A stretch of DNA of 64,000 nucleotides, taken from assembly GCA_028534125.1 (NCBI GenBank), contig CM052817.1, forward strand, positions 103,170,001-103,234,000. Reading direction: 5' to 3'. The stretch's first letter is position 1. Each line of letters opens with the position of its first letter. Below the pieces are notes generated by a model. The model did no database searches. It was given only the letters and a program-made list of their open reading frames with translations, and was not told the origin of the DNA. The translations under genes were made by a program, and so were the position numbers. The DNA is from Lama glama. Taxonomy: Eukaryota. Positions 23,986-38,191 of this stretch are shown here, piece after piece.

Positions 23986-25269
23986 AAAGACTATGTGGAA
24001 CCTCCAAAATCAAGAGTAGGGAAAAGAAAGAGCAAGCAAGAGAGACTGACTTCTAAATAATAAAAGATCTCTTTAGAAACTTGAGTGCTTTTGCATATTG
24101 TTGGCTCACTCCAAGCAAGGCTGAGTGCGCACTCCCAGCCAAAGGCACACAGCTTAATTTTGGAGGCCACTACATGGCCTGAGGTCTAAGGCTCACTATA
24201 AATGGTAAACTGTATGAACAAAAAAGAATCTGCTGGTGTATACTGAATTCAACATTAGATGCAGGAAGATGGTAGAATACCATAGGGCTTACTGAAATAA
24301 CTCTGCTTCTGAATAAATCATGAGTAATCATGGATACTTACAGTATATGCACTGTCATATTTTGTTTATAGTTCTCTCACTAAAGTACTTTCAAGATTTT
24401 TACTGATTGCAACTATTCTCATTTTACTTCCCACTCCATCTCACCCATTTTCTGCTACTCTTTATTTCTTTAGGGATTATGATAAGACCTACAGAGAATT
24501 TTTTTAATGAAGAGAATAGATTAGTAAAATAATGGACAAGATCTCGTCCAAGGTCAAGAGACAATAACTTGGATATACGTGGGCCCCCAAAAGACTAGAG
24601 ATTTCTCATCTTATAATAATTTATATTATTCATATTACTGTTTCACCTTTCCCTTCCCTTAGGGATTCTTTAATGTTAATGTAAAGAGATGTTCCACAAG
24701 CATTCACAAGTAAAAACAATATTGAAATGTTTTGCTAAATAAAATATAAACAACATAGGTTCAATGAAGAAATAAAGACAATAAAGAAATACTGTCCTAA
24801 ATATTAACTGATCATCTTTAACTTCATGTGATCCCAGGTAAACCCTATCTACAATCCCAAAATGTCAACATAGTATTTTATATTGAACCTTGTCATTGTT
24901 TCTGCTGATAAACTCACGATTCTTTTAAAGCTATTTAAGATTCTGTATTTGGATGGTTTGAGATCTCTTGTCAAAAACATTCTTATTGGAACATTTCTTG
25001 GTGACCAAAATAAACAGCTGTTTTCAACTTTAATGATACAAATCATCATGTGTATCAGCAGTTCCCACTTAAAAAGATTTTATAACTGCTTAGCAGCTCA
25101 GAAAAAGATAAATAACTGTATCCCAAACCCAGCAAGAGAAAAGAATCTTTCTGCAAAGATAGTTAAATACCAAAAAAATCAAACAGAAAAATTGCACATG
25201 AAATTGCATGAAACCAAAACAAATGAACAGATAAAAACCTACACAGCCCTATCTACACAGATGGATATG

Positions 25270-26545
25270 AATATTTAAGGTCACAGCAATTCTCACATCC
25301 ATCAGCAATGTATGCAAGTGTCTGCCTACCCACACCATGGCCAGCAATGGAGCTGATTATCTGCTTTTCATTTCAATAACTCATTTTAATTTGTATTCCT
25401 TTTATTAGAGAAGTTGAATTTTTCTCATGTATTTCATGCATTGCCATTGGCCATCCGCATTCCATCTTATGTATCTTGCTTAACTGCAGCTTTGCCTATT
25501 TTTCTATCACATTTCTATTTTTCTTATTGTTTTATACATTTTCATTGTATATTAAGTACAAGCTTCTTCTTCATTATGCAGCTCTGCAAATATCTTCTTA
25601 TTCTAGACTTTTTTTACTTTTACTTTTTGCCATATATTTTCCCATAGAAAAATTCCTAATTTTGTTAGTCAAAAACTATCCAACTTTTTAAAAATGGCAT
25701 CTGGACTTTTCCTGTCTTTTAGGAAAAATTAAACAGAAGTAATCCTAAATCTTCTTCTATGACTTTTATCATTTTGATTTTTGCATTTAGATCTTTATTC
25801 TACCTCAAATATCTATATAAATATAATATAATATATAGATTTATATTTATGATATCATGTATCATATATGATATATAATATCATAAATATATATCTTTGA
25901 GGTAGATATATATATGATGAAGGGTGTGTGTGTGTGTGTGATATGATATGATATGAAGTAGTGGTTTAACTTTATCTTATTCCAGGTGGAAGCCAATTAT
26001 GTCAACATCATTTTTCCCTTGTATTTAAATTATACATTTATCACAAATTAGATTTCCATATATACTTTGGCCTATCTCTGGATGTTTTTCTGTTCTACTA
26101 GCTATTTCTTTCTGGACTTTATACCGTGCTGTTTCAATTAGATAATTTTTTACCAGATAATAGTAAATGTACATTTTAACAGCTGGTAAGACAATATAAG
26201 TTTCTTTTCCAAGATTTTTCTCTAGAATTCACACACATTTATTTTTTTCACATGAAAGTGAAAATAATTTCCTTCATTTCAAAAACAGAAGACTCTGTTT
26301 GGAGTTTCATTAAAAGTGCACATTCACTTTGGAAGAATTACTATTTTCATGGTTTTAAGTCATTCTGTGAATTCAATTTCCATTTTTTCAAGTCCTATCA
26401 ATAAAGTTGTACATCCCTCTTCACACAAGAGTTGCAGCTTTCTTGTTAAATCTATTCCTGGGTATATAATTGTGAAAGGAATATTTTTCCACTATTATAC
26501 CTAACTTACTACTGCTACTATTTTAAAAAGCTGTTAACTTTCTGT
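25270..26545 (-). mobile_element. Old degenerate L1 (L1ME-like)
   Basis: Degraded antisense ORF2/3' motifs (CATCAGCAATGTATG, TTGGCCATCCGCAT, CATTTAGATCTTTA). Confidence 0.6.
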
Positions 26546-26789
26546 CATTTTTTTCAAATATAAAGAAAATATCAAAATCAGTAAAAGAAGGTAGGAGTAA
26601 GGAATTTTCAAAGCTATAAGCAAAAATTAACCAATAAGATAGAAAATATTAATAAAATATAACTTCTGCTGAGCCTGAAAAGAAAAAAAAAGATAAAACA
26701 AATTTACACAGTATTAGAAGAAAGGAAATACAACCATTAGAACCAAAAATATGGACGTTCTAACTTTTATTAGTAAAAAAAAAAAAAGC

Positions 26790-28135
26790 AACAAAAGGGA
26801 AAATAAGGGGGACTACATCAAACTGGAGAGCTTCTGCACAAGAAAGGGAACAGTCCGCAGAGTGAAAAGGCAGCCTATGGGATGGGAGAGAAGATTTGCA
26901 AACCATATTGATAAGGGGGTTATTTTGAAAATAATAAAGGAATTTCTACAACTCAGTGGCAAAAAATGGGCTAAAGACTTGAACAGACACTCCTCTAAGG
27001 AAAGACATACAAATGGTCAACAGGTATGTGAAACAATGCTCAACGTCATTAATCATGAGAAAAATGCAAATCAAAGCTACAATAAAATATCAACTTACAC
27101 CTATCTGGATGGTGCTGTGGTTTGGATATTTGTGTCCCTTCAAAATTCTTATGTTGAAATATTAATGTCCAATGTACTGGTATTAGGAGGTGGGGGTGGT
27201 TTATTTGGGAGGTGATGAAATCATGAGCTTGGAGCCCTCACGTCTTCACGAGTGGGGTTAGGGCTTTTTAAAATGAGACCCCACAGAGCTCCCTAGCCCC
27301 TCCCACCACATGAGGACACAATGGGAAGTCTGTGACCCAGAGGGGGGCCCTCACCCCACCACACTGCCACCCTGACCTAGAACTTCCAGCTTCTAGAACT
27401 CAAGAAATAAATGTAACCAACCCAGTCTGTGGTATTGTTATAGCACAGATAGATGGCTATTATCACAAAAACGAAAGATAACAAGTGTTGGTGAGAACGT
27501 GGAGAAATTGGAACCCTCGTATACTGTTGGTGGGGATTTAAAATGATGCAGCCTCTATGGAAAACAGTATGGAGGTATCTCAAAAAGTTAAAAATAGAAC
27601 TGCCATTTGATCCAGCTATCTCACTCCTGAAAGAACTGAAGATCACAATCTCAAAGAGGTATTTAAGATAAAGATATATCTTTGAGATATTGTGAATTGC
27701 AGCACTATTCACAATAGGCAAATACCAAAACAACCTAAGTGAACACTGACAGGTGAATGGATTAAAAAAAAAATGTGGTATATACATGCAATGGAATATT
27801 ATTCAGCCTTAAAAAAGAAGGAAATCCTGTCATACGTGACAACATGGATGAAACTTGAGGACATTATGTTAAGTGAAATAAGCCACTTTCAGAGGGACAA
27901 AAATTACATGATTCCACTTACATGAGGTATCCAAAATAGACTCATAGAAGCAAAGAACAGAGTGGTGCCTGCCAGGGGCCGGTGGGGAGGAAATGGGGAG
28001 CTGCATACAGAATTTCAGTTATTGCAAAATAAGTAAGTCGTGGAGCTCTGCTGCACAACATCGTGCTTATAGTTAACAATGCTGTACTGTGCACTTAAAA
28101 ACCTGTTAAGAGGGAAGATCTCATGTTAAGAAATA
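26790..28135 (+). mobile_element. L1MA-type LINE-1 (ORF2 C-terminus and 3'UTR), interrupted by an MLT1 LTR
   Basis: ORF2-like peptide DYIKLESFCT...VKRQPMGWERRFANH...KWAKDLNRH, followed by a typical 3'UTR. Confidence 0.9.
27113..27451 (+). mobile_element. MaLR (MLT1A-like) solo LTR nested in L1
   Basis: TGCTGTGGTTTGGATATTTGTGTCCC start. 5-bp TSD GATGG at 27108-27112 and 27452-27456. Confidence 0.85.
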
Positions 28136-28429
28136 AGGAAAGAAAAAAACAAACTTATTTAAGTTTAAATAGTAAGATTTCATTCTTCAGTTGCTATACC
28201 ATCCCGTGGCTAGTGTAGCTGGACACTGCCGCAGCTCAAGATGAATTTTCCCTCCCCAGATGGGGCAGGAGGGGTGTGGATGCAATAGAAGGCAGCAGTG
28301 ACAGTGGCTGTGGTCTCTCCCCATGTGGCCATTATCACCCCCAATGCTCCACCTCAGTCAACAGTCATTTCTTCTAGTAAGTTTCAAACCCAGATGGGTT
28401 GCCGACTTAAGAAGGCGCAGTACCTCTCC

Positions 28430-28670
28430 TAGTGGTTAAAAATGCGAGCTCTGGAGTCAGACAGGCTAGATTTCTCTCTGTGTCCCACCGTCTACCAGCT
28501 CGGAGACCGTGGCCAAGTTATTCAGCCTCTGTACCTCAGTTTCCTCGACGTGCATGCAGGAAAAATACCTACTTCATAGGGTTATTGGAAGGATTAAATT
28601 CAAAAATCCATTAAAAGCTGTTAGAATAGTTCCTTGCATGCAATTAATGCCCCTCCAAAGCTTAGCTATT
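28430..28670 (+). mobile_element. MIR SINE, near full length
   Basis: TAGTGGTTAA...CTCTGGAGTCAGAC...CCTCAGTTTCCTC...CATAGGGTTATTGGAAGGATTAAAT. Confidence 0.85.
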
Positions 28671-29239
28671 TGGTAATGACGATGATGACAGGGAGGAGGG
28701 GGGACAAGAGAGGAGAAGGAGGAAGAGAAGGGAAAGGAGGAACCACTCAGCAAATGTCTGCTCTATTCTTTGTTCTGACTTCACGGAAGACATTCCCCAT
28801 GACTCTCACCTGCTCCTTCTCACAGTTCCCGGAGGACCTTCCAAACAAGCCGAACCCCAAGAGAGGCCCACGCTTTTGTGGTTAGGGCCCTTTCATTGGT
28901 CTTTGCTGAGCTTTATCATTTATTCACTCACAGAAGTGTTTACTGAGTGTCTACTATGAGCCAGGCCCTGGGTTACAATGGAAAACAAAGCAGATGTAGA
29001 CCATACCTTCATGAAACTTTAAAGTCTCCCCGACCCTGGGTTCTGAGTTCTGGGACCACTTTTAGGATCCACTGCTCTTCCTCAAAGTAATATACAAGGG
29101 CTTCCCCAAGAGCTCTGACCCACCGGCTCAGAATCAGAGCCACTCTCCGCAGCAGGTTGACTCAACTGTACACTCACCAGAGAATAAAACCAGTGTTTGC
29201 ACAAGGTCTGGCTGTCCCTCTACGCGACTGCAGTCCGGG

Positions 29240-29390
29240 AGGACTTTCTGTGCTGGTGGCAGTTTTCTGTATCTGCGCTGTCCAGTACAATAACAGCACT
29301 GGGGCACCTGGAATGAGGCTAGTGCAGCCGAGGACTGGATTTTCAACCACGCCTAATTTAAATTTAAATAGCTGTACGTGGCTGCCTTAA
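29240..29390. mobile_element. MER3-like hAT fossil
   Basis: ACTTTCTGTGCTGGTGG...TATCTGCGCTGTCCA...AATTTAAATTTAAATAGC. Confidence 0.6.
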
Positions 29391-32300
29391 CGGAGAACGC
29401 AGGACTAACTTCTTTGTTTTTGTTTGTTTGTTTGTTAGTTACAATCTGAAAACTGAATCTGGTGCTTTTTGTGCGAATTCCCTGTAGGTTGAGATTATTT
29501 ACACTGCACAAAGAAAGGTCTGAGTCGTCCTGGAGGGAAATTTGGAAGTAGTATGGCTAGCACGGGCTGCAGTTTTATTTTGGAATAAAAACCCATTGTT
29601 TTGCTGTGGGAAGAAACTTTCCTTAGTGGGAAAATTTTAAAGGTTCTGCCAAACCAGAAATGCTATTTAAATAATAAGAATTACTCCCCCTTTTTTTTTA
29701 GCAGAGGAGATGATCAATCATGATTAGAACCATTTATAAAAGTCACTTTGAAGGTGTCTGTGTCCACAACTTGGGGCAGCAGCAGGAGAATGGAAGCAAC
29801 AGTGATCATTTCGATTTGGTCAAAATAACCACCTACAGGTCCTCCACCTTAACCCACACCCTCCAGCTAGCGATCAAAGTCAAACTCAACATTCTAAGTG
29901 GACTCGGAGCCAAAGGAAACTTTAAAGATCCGTAAAGAAAGCCCAAATATGATGGGTTAAATAATTGGGAGTAACTGAAACCAGGACCTTATGGAAAACG
30001 CCCATCCTGAAAGTTACAGTTACTGGTTCTAGCCCGCTACTTGGAACACAGCATTAGAGAGTCTACGGTGCTGGCTTGAGTGTGAATGCCCTAAAAGTTC
30101 AAGGATCACAGTGGCCTGCTCCGAGTCAGGGCTGGACAGGACATTTAAAAGATGGCCTCATTCTTTAGCAAAACAGAGCTGAGTCGCTGCGATGGCGTCT
30201 GTCCCAGGGAAGCTGAGAGCCACCCGGTGCTACCGATCAGGCTCCTCTGTGAGTTCAGGATACATACGAGCCACCTCTTGTGCAAGTTGCTTCAGTTCTC
30301 CAGATGCACAATCCTCATGCATTTGAGCCATTAAAGACCAACCAAATCAGGACTCTTGAGAGAGCAAGGAATCTCAAGGATTAATGACAAGCACAGTAGC
30401 CTTGCTGGGAACCAAGAAGACCTGAGGCCAGAGAGGGCTGTGAGATACCTGGTAGCCAGGGCTTATCAAGGACTCACAGGTCCCTGAGAAAAACCCCTCA
30501 AGGCAAGTACTTTCCCATTGGAGATACAGAGAAAGAGGTGGTCCTGCTTGCTTGGTCGCTCCTTGGAATCCCCCCAGCACTGATCCAAGTAATTACTGTG
30601 GGTCGCTGTGACATTATAAAGGAATTCAGTTGGGAGGGCAAAAGGGGGAGAAGTTCTGTAAAGGCTTAAAGTATATAAATTATTATAGAAATGAACTCTT
30701 GTTCATTCCTGTGGTGTTCATATGAATCATGAAATCAGTGACATTTCCAAAAACCCTGCAAGTCACACCACTGTTCCAGAAACCATAGGCTAGAAGGGGG
30801 TACGGCTGTAGCTGGGGGAATTCTGAAACTTACCCTTGGTTCATTTCTGCTGCAAATGAATACCTGGGTAATACTCCCATTTGCCCACACCTGTGCTATA
30901 AAAGGGGTTAGCACGAACTGATCTGACTTCTGGATGATGAGTAAAGAGACAAAGTTATCTTCTATGCTGATGAGGCTTAACTTTAAAACCACCAATCTTC
31001 CAGCCTCCCAGGGATTCAGCACTGATAAAAATACTAGGAGCCATTCTGGTTAAAGACATCATAGCATGAGGAGCATGTTTAAAACTTGGAGAGGATACAC
31101 GGAAAACAGAAACAGAACACACACAAACACACAGAGAGAAAAAAACAGAAAACACACAGTGGTTTTGGCAGGAAAACCAAAGAAAGCAAGAAAGTCTGAT
31201 GGGGATGTCTTACGTGAAGCTATATAACAGCACAACTATATTAAGTAAACGATAGCCCTTGAACTAAGGTATTAAAATCTAAAAAATTCTGGAAAGTAGA
31301 AGAATAAATCTATAAGCAAGCGAATTGCAGTTTGCTGATTCATTGGGTTAACGAACTAATCTGGGGACGGGTTTAGCTCTCTCCCAATTCCATCAGTTCC
31401 TCATCATCTCAACATCTTTTTGTCTAGGACACTGACATTTTCTCAATTTAAGAAATCTGCTCGCCTTTTCTAATCAGATGGCTGCCCCACTCCCTTGGCA
31501 TATAGAAAGTTCTAGCAGCAACTGCAAATTTATATTCTCCTCGTTAATAACAGTATCCTTGTATTGTTACTTTCCCTAAAATTTTTATAAGAGTGAGAAA
31601 TGCAGCATGAACTTTCTGTCACATGAGATACAAGTCTGAAATGGAAGTAAATCTTTGAAGTGACATAAAAAATTGCTTCCGCGGACTTCTGTCACAACAT
31701 GTTGTTTTTCCTATGTGCGTAAGTCAGCAATAGAGAACACAGATGGCTCTTCCATGAATAATTTCCTTCTAACAATTTAACTAGGAAATGAATTCCTCTT
31801 GACTTCTAAATCAAAATGATTAACAGCAAAGACATGGTCTCCTGTCCTTCCCCAGCTAATTCTATGCTTCTGTGTTTTCTCCTCTCTTCTTCTACCTTAT
31901 CCATTTCCCTTTTCACATGATCTTTTTGTTGCCTTGCCAAATTTTAAGTTGGCTTAACCCAAAGCCACCTTTTGGCAATTACCAGACAACTCATTTTTAT
32001 GTCCCTGTTATTTTGGGGGTAGGGTTTTTTGGGTTGTTAATATTGAATTGATTACTTGGTTGCCAGGTTGATATTTTTCAAACATGAAGCTGTTTATAGA
32101 CGATTTATCCAAAAACATCTTTAGTGAACCAGGCAAATGAAGTGTTTCTCATTATTCCCCTTTTTCTAAGTCAGAAATATGAGCCAGATTCTCTGACGAT
32201 TTAATCCCCTTCCTGGCTACAAATCAGACACCTCTGAAAAATACACTTACTCTTTTAAAACACCAGGACACGTGTTAGACAGGGGCGCCTTGCACCAAGT

Positions 32301-32735
32301 CATCTGACAGTAAAGGGGCTCGTCTTCACACTGGAGGTCAGTCTCTGCCTCTGCTTTCAGCTGCTGGGTGGGGCTCATGCTTCGAGTAAGCACTGCTCGA
32401 ACTCCATTACAGACTCTGTCATCCATGAGGCCCCCGAAGCCCAAGATCAGTTCCACGTGTGGCCCCGTCACAGCGACTGGCATGGACCTTTACAGTCCTG
32501 GTGCTCCTGAGCCTTGAAGCCAGAATGGACCCTCCCACTGTGTTAGACCTGTTTTATCTTTTTAAACCATGTTTATTTTAGTGATTTTGCAACACTCATC
32601 ATGTTGGAAACTACCCATTCAAATTATCCGCTTGGCTTCCCCACTAGACTGCAGGGAGCACGAGAGCAGGGATTATGATTACCTTGTTCATTATTAGGAT
32701 CCCAACACATTGACCATCACAAAAAAGATGCTTGA

Positions 32736-33477
32736 CACTATTTACATTAGCCAAGACATGGAAACCGCCTAAATGTCCATCAACAGATGACTGGATAAAG
32801 AAGATGTGGTGTATTTATACAATGGNNNNNNNNNNNNNNNNNNNNNNNNNNNNNNNNNNNNNNNNNNNNNNNNNNNNNNNNNNNNNNNNNNNNNNNNNNN
32901 NNNNNNNNNNNNNNNNNNNNNNNNNNNNNNNNNNNNNNNNNNNNNNNNNNNNNNNNNNNNNNNNNNNNNNNNNNNNNNNNNNNNNNNNNNNNNNNNNNNN
33001 NNNNNNNNNNNNNNNNNNNNNNNNNNNNNNNNNNNNNNNNNNNNNNNNNNNNNNNNNNNNNNNNNNNNNNNNNNNNNNNNNNNNNNNNNNNNNNNNNNNN
33101 NNNNNNNNNNNNNNNNNNNNNNNNNNNNNNNNNNNNNNNNNNNNNNNNNNNNNNNNNNNNNNNNNNNNNNNNNNNNNNNNNNNNNNNNNNNNNNNNNNNN
33201 NNNNNNNNNNNNNNNNNNNNNNNNNNNNNNNNNNNNNNNNNNNNNNNNNNNNNNNNNNNNNNNNNNNNNNNNNNNNNNNNNNNNNNNNNNNNNNNNNNNN
33301 NNNNNNNNNNNNNNNNNNNNNNNNNGAAATATACACAAAGCGTTATGGTAGCTCACAGAGAAAAAAATGTGACAATGAGTGTGTATATGTCCATGTATGA
33401 CTGAAAAATTGTGCTGAACACTGGAATTTGACACAACATTGTAAAATGATTATAAATCAATAAAAATGTTTAAAAAA
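32736..33477 (+). mobile_element. Young L1 3' sequence on both sides of an assembly gap
   Basis: ORF2 C-terminal LFTLAKTWKPPKCPSTDDWIKKMW on the left; L1 tail with AATAAA on the right. Confidence 0.85.
32826..33325. other. Assembly gap (500 N)
   Basis: Direct reading. Confidence 1.
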
Positions 33478-34299
33478 CTTTTAGGAATTGTTAATATTTT
33501 ACATCATATTTATGATGATGATTAAACTATCATGCTTAAACCAACCACATGTCCCAGTAATGAATTAATTACGTATCTGCTCTTTATAAAAACACAAACT
33601 CAAGCTTTCACCCTTTCTTCTTTTGCACCTCTGAATTATTTTCCAAGGTACGTTTTCTCCTTGGAAAACGTTTAGCCCAAAAAGCATTAGCATTTCAATT
33701 CTCCCAGAAAGTCACAATGTGCGAAATCATGGTCCCTCTTCATTTTGTGGAGGCTGTACAGATTATTCGAGACCGCAGCTTTTGCATCTTTTTTCCTATA
33801 ATTTTGGCCAACTAGCTCCAAGGACCTTTTATTATCACACGTCAATCACCAGGTGTTGCTGCGAATCATCCACCTGCTCACACCCTATCGGCAGCTTCCC
33901 TCACTCTTACTCCCAGGACTTCCTACCCATCAAGAGCTCATTAAACCCAATGTTCAATGCAACACAGTCCAAATGGGCACTGAGATCCCATGTTGGTATT
34001 TGTCGGTCCCAGTGAGTTCTTCAGGTGCTGGAAGTAAGAAGCTATAAGAAAGAAGGTGCACGCTGTTCAGTACTAGGTTGAGGCACATGCAGTTGCCTCT
34101 TTTGAAGGTCATGGATGGTCAAATGCAGCAGTTTCGTATGGTTCAGCCTCTGCAGGAAAAGTTTTTGCAAAATCTACGTGTCCTCCATGGCTGCTGGTCA
34201 AACCCTGCAACATCTCCACTTCACTTTGATTTTAGAAACTAGAAACGGTTTCTATAACATCAATTTTCACATGAGTGACAGCAACTATAGATTTAAATG

Positions 34300-34860
34300 T
34301 ATTTATTTATTTAGCAAATATTTGCTAGTTGCCTACTATCAGGGCACTAGATTTGATGTTGAGAATTCATTGCTGAAACTCCAGACATGTTTCCTGACCC
34401 ACAGACTTTACAGTCTAGTAAGGAGCTAAATGTTAAACAATGACACAGTATTTATTTAATTAAAGTTGACATAAAAATTATGGGAAAAGTATGGATATAG
34501 CAGAAAGAACCTAAATTAGTCTGGAAGGCTAGGGAAGGTTTCCCTGGGAAAGTGACATGTAAGCTGAGAACAGAAGGCTGAGTGGGAGTAGGGAAGCGAA
34601 GTTTTCCAGGGAGAGGAAAACAGCTTGTGTAAAGACCCCAAGTCAGGAAGGAACTTGGAGCTTTCAAGGGTATCAGTGAAATAAAGCCAGCAGGACTGGC
34701 ATGGAATGATCAGGAAGGAAGAGGGTCAAGAAAAGCAGAATAAAGAAGCAGGCATCTCCAATTTACTCCCGTGAGTTGCAAGAAGCAATTAAACAGCATT
34801 AAGCTGGGGTCTGACACCATTCAACCCACACTTAAGAAGCATCACTAGCCACAGCATGGA
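34300..34860 (-). mobile_element. L2 LINE 3' fragment
   Basis: ATTTATTTAGCAAATATTTG...GCCTACTA...AGGGAAGGTTTCCCTGGGAAAGTGACATGTAAGCTGAGA. Confidence 0.75.
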
Positions 34861-34861
34861 G

Positions 34862-35067
34862 CAGGGATCCTCCGCAAACCCTGGCTAGAACACCAAGCCC
34901 TGCTGCTGTCTGTTTGTCAATAAAGTTTTATTGGAATCCCACTGCCATTTTTTTTTTATCCCTTCAGTGGCAGGTTGAGTAGCTGAGATACAGATCGTGT
35001 GGCTGACAAAGCTGGAAATCGTATTTATTACTTGGGCCTTTAAAGAAAAAAGTTTGCTGACCTCTGG
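34862..35067. mobile_element. MER58A hAT fossil
   Basis: AATAAAGTTTTATTGGAA...GGCCTTTAAAGAAAAAAGTTTGCTGACCTCTG. Confidence 0.8.
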
Positions 35068-37860
35068 TGTGAAGAATGAACTGGAGGACCCAATAAGGTA
35101 ACAGGAAAGAAGTCAGGAGACGTGGTGGAGGTCCAAGCAGGAGGCGCTACTGGCTCGAACCGGGACAGCGGTGGGAGTCACGGAGAGCAGCGGGCAGATT
35201 TGAGAAAGATTAAGAACAGACAGGGAGTGGTGATGGCTGCGGTGAGGCAAGGAGCAGCTGCGGGGGGGGGGGTGCCACTTAGGCAGTCAGGAAACAAGGA
35301 ATAAATGGGCTTATGGGGGAAGATCAGGAACTGGCCCTGAACTTTAGAGGTAAATAAAAATGATCAATCTGAATCACGAGACTCACTGGTGAGTCTGTCA
35401 TCGGTGCCAGCACCGTATGAAGGAAGGCAGAGCAAACAAATCTTCCTTCACCATCAGCTGCTCGTTTTTTGAGTACCCAGACCCCTTTTGGTTCTGATGT
35501 CACTCTGATAGTCTTAGTGTTTATTTTATATTGATTGTTGCACTTGTTTGGGGTGCTTTTTTTTGGGGGGGGTAAATGGTGAGCAGGAGAGAAAGGATGT
35601 GTTTTGTTCTGTTTTTCTATTAACTGCATTCTTCTCTCTTGCCTTTGTTACCTGTGTCCTCTGTTACCTCCGCAGTGGACAGCAGTGTCCACTTTATCCT
35701 GTAAAGCCTCAATATACTTCCTTCCCTCCAGATCTTTTCTCTATATTTAACCATTCCTACTCCTCTCTGGGACCTTAATCATCCTTTACTATATTTTAAT
35801 GCCTTCACATTCAGACACAAACCTAACCAGCTTTCACAAATCTCTGCCCCAAATTCCAAGTTCTTTGAGTATTTATTTCCATTATTGCCATTGTATGTTA
35901 TATAGAAAAAAAAAAAACAGAAGCTTTCCGTTTCAGATGTTTCAAACTTGTAAGGAAGCAGCATGTTGTGGAAAAAGCATGACTTTTGTCAGAAAAATCC
36001 CCCCATTATTAACTATGTGTCCCTAATGGGAATGAACACCTGCTTCATAGGGGCTGAGGGAAATCAATACAGAGGTTACATATGGAAAGTGCCCTCAGCA
36101 TGTCTTCTCCCCCGTCTCCCTTTCTCCTTCTCCCTCTTATACAGAACAACAGGCAGTTCTGCTAGTCCTTTATCCTTTTTAGCAAAAGTGATTTTGTAGT
36201 ATTCACATGCCTAAACCATAGCCGGACTGGTATGGAGCAGATGCAAAAATAAATGCTGATGCCAAGCTGGGGGGCACAGCACAGGTATGGACAGTGGACA
36301 ACAGAGGCGTCCCCTCAGGACAAGGATATCCTACCAGAGCAGGAGGGAGATCACTCAACACCACAGCTCCTAAGCTCAGAAGAAATAGATAAAACTAAAG
36401 AGATCTAAGGCGAAAAAAAAAAAAAAAAAAAAAGCCAGGAGGCTGGGAAAAGGCAGGGGACATGCTGGAAACTCACTAGGAAATGGGATGGAGGTGCCAT
36501 CATTCCAGAGCAAGGCCGAGACAGGTGCTGAAGGGCTGAACTTGGAGGCAAGTTTACTGGGAAAGGCCAGAGCACAGGGCTGGTCACGAGCAACCATCAA
36601 AGCCAGAGTTTCCTCTGGTTGGGCAGGGGCTGCATTAGTAATCACGAGACGGTGGCTCGGACTTGCCCAGGGTACCATTGCAGTCCTTAGTTTCCTCTGG
36701 GCTGCGCCAACATTCTTCAACCTCAATCCAAACATTTAAATCATTTGCTGATGGATCTTTTTGCTCTTTCTGAAAGACAACGTCCTCACCCTAAATTTCA
36801 CTCTCTTTTTGCAGGCCTGATAAGTGTGTAACCTTCTCCTTACATTTCCTTCAGAAGGCCTATAGTAGACATAAAGAAAAATCACTTTCCTATAGATCCA
36901 TATTTTCTCAAACTCCAACATGGAATGAAAATTATATATTTTACTAGCACAACCATCAATCATATTGTAAATTTCAGAAAACACTTATCAGCCTCCTTTT
37001 AGGATTTGTGCTAGAAATTATGAGGCTTAAATATTAATTGACAGCACTTTTAGTCTCATACTTTCAAAATGCAGAATACATCTACAAACATCATCCTGAA
37101 ATCCCACACAAGCCCTTAGGTTTGAAATCAGGCCCCCAAAATATATTTTTATGTTATTTTTGTCACATGCTGTTTTGTACTGCTTTAAAAAAAATTTTGT
37201 GCAACCTTCCCAAAGTGACATTTTCTTCAGAGAACAAAAAGTCTTGTAGCAAATATGACTAAGATTACTTCTTCTAAAAATTGAGTCAACACATGCAATC
37301 AATTTGGCCACATATGGTTATTTGCAAGCAGTAATTTTTTTTTTAATGAAAACTACCTCTAGGCTATGTGATTTCTGTAGCTATTAAACACTGGTACAAA
37401 AATCAAAGGACTAAAATCAATCCATGTTAAAGAGCATGGTAGCTGTAATAACATTATTTCTATTTTTCTTTGACATTTACACTCAGCTTTCAAACAGAAG
37501 AGTGACTCTGAACATAATCATGGCTGGACTCAAGGATTAGAAGTTAAGCTTAAACTCTTTCTTACCTAATCATTAGTCATATATACATGAAAAATAATCC
37601 AAACACACAAGCACAGTGTAAACAAGGATTTATAATCTCTTATGGCTTGTCTTGTGGCTTATTGTTTTTACATTATATGCATGTATCTTTAAACTTTCTG
37701 ATAAATTTGAAGTTTTGGTAACATGACAGAAGCAATAATTTTTAAAGTGTATGTTAAAGAACAAAGAATCTTCACAATATACTTATTCTGGGAATGTTTT
37801 TATACAAACTTGGATTTCCAAAAGTATTACAAATGGGAGATACAGAGAATTCTTAGAAAT

Positions 37861-38149
37861 TGTTAAATTGTTGGCCCTCAAAGAATCACAACTCTCTGAG
37901 TCCACACCCTGTGTCATCCCCTCTGGCCTGCTGGTGACCACAGCCTGCACAGGCGGATGTAAGTGAAGCCACCAACCCACCCCCTTCTCTGTGAGCTCAG
38001 GCAAACCTGCAGAAGAACTGCCCAGCTGAGCCCGGCCCCAAATGCTGACCCACAGATTTGTGGAAAAACTTGTGAAAAAACCTCAGTGGCTGTTTTTAAG
38101 CCACTGAGTTTCAGCAGTGGTTGTTACGTAGCAATAGATAACTAATACA
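37861..38149 (+). mobile_element. MaLR MLT1 LTR (deleted)
   Basis: 3' end TTTAAGCCACTGAGTTT...GTTACGTAGCAATAGATAACTAATACA. Confidence 0.75.
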
Positions 38150-38191
38150 GGAGAGAAGATTGACAGGAATGGTTAAGAGAAAGACTGATGG

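Noticed and set aside
26751..27215. 154-aa ORF
   Set aside because: Chimeric read-through of decayed L1 ORF2 into an MLT1 LTR.
32732..33434. Long ORFs of 173-222 aa
   Set aside because: They are artefacts of translating the N gap; the flanks are L1.
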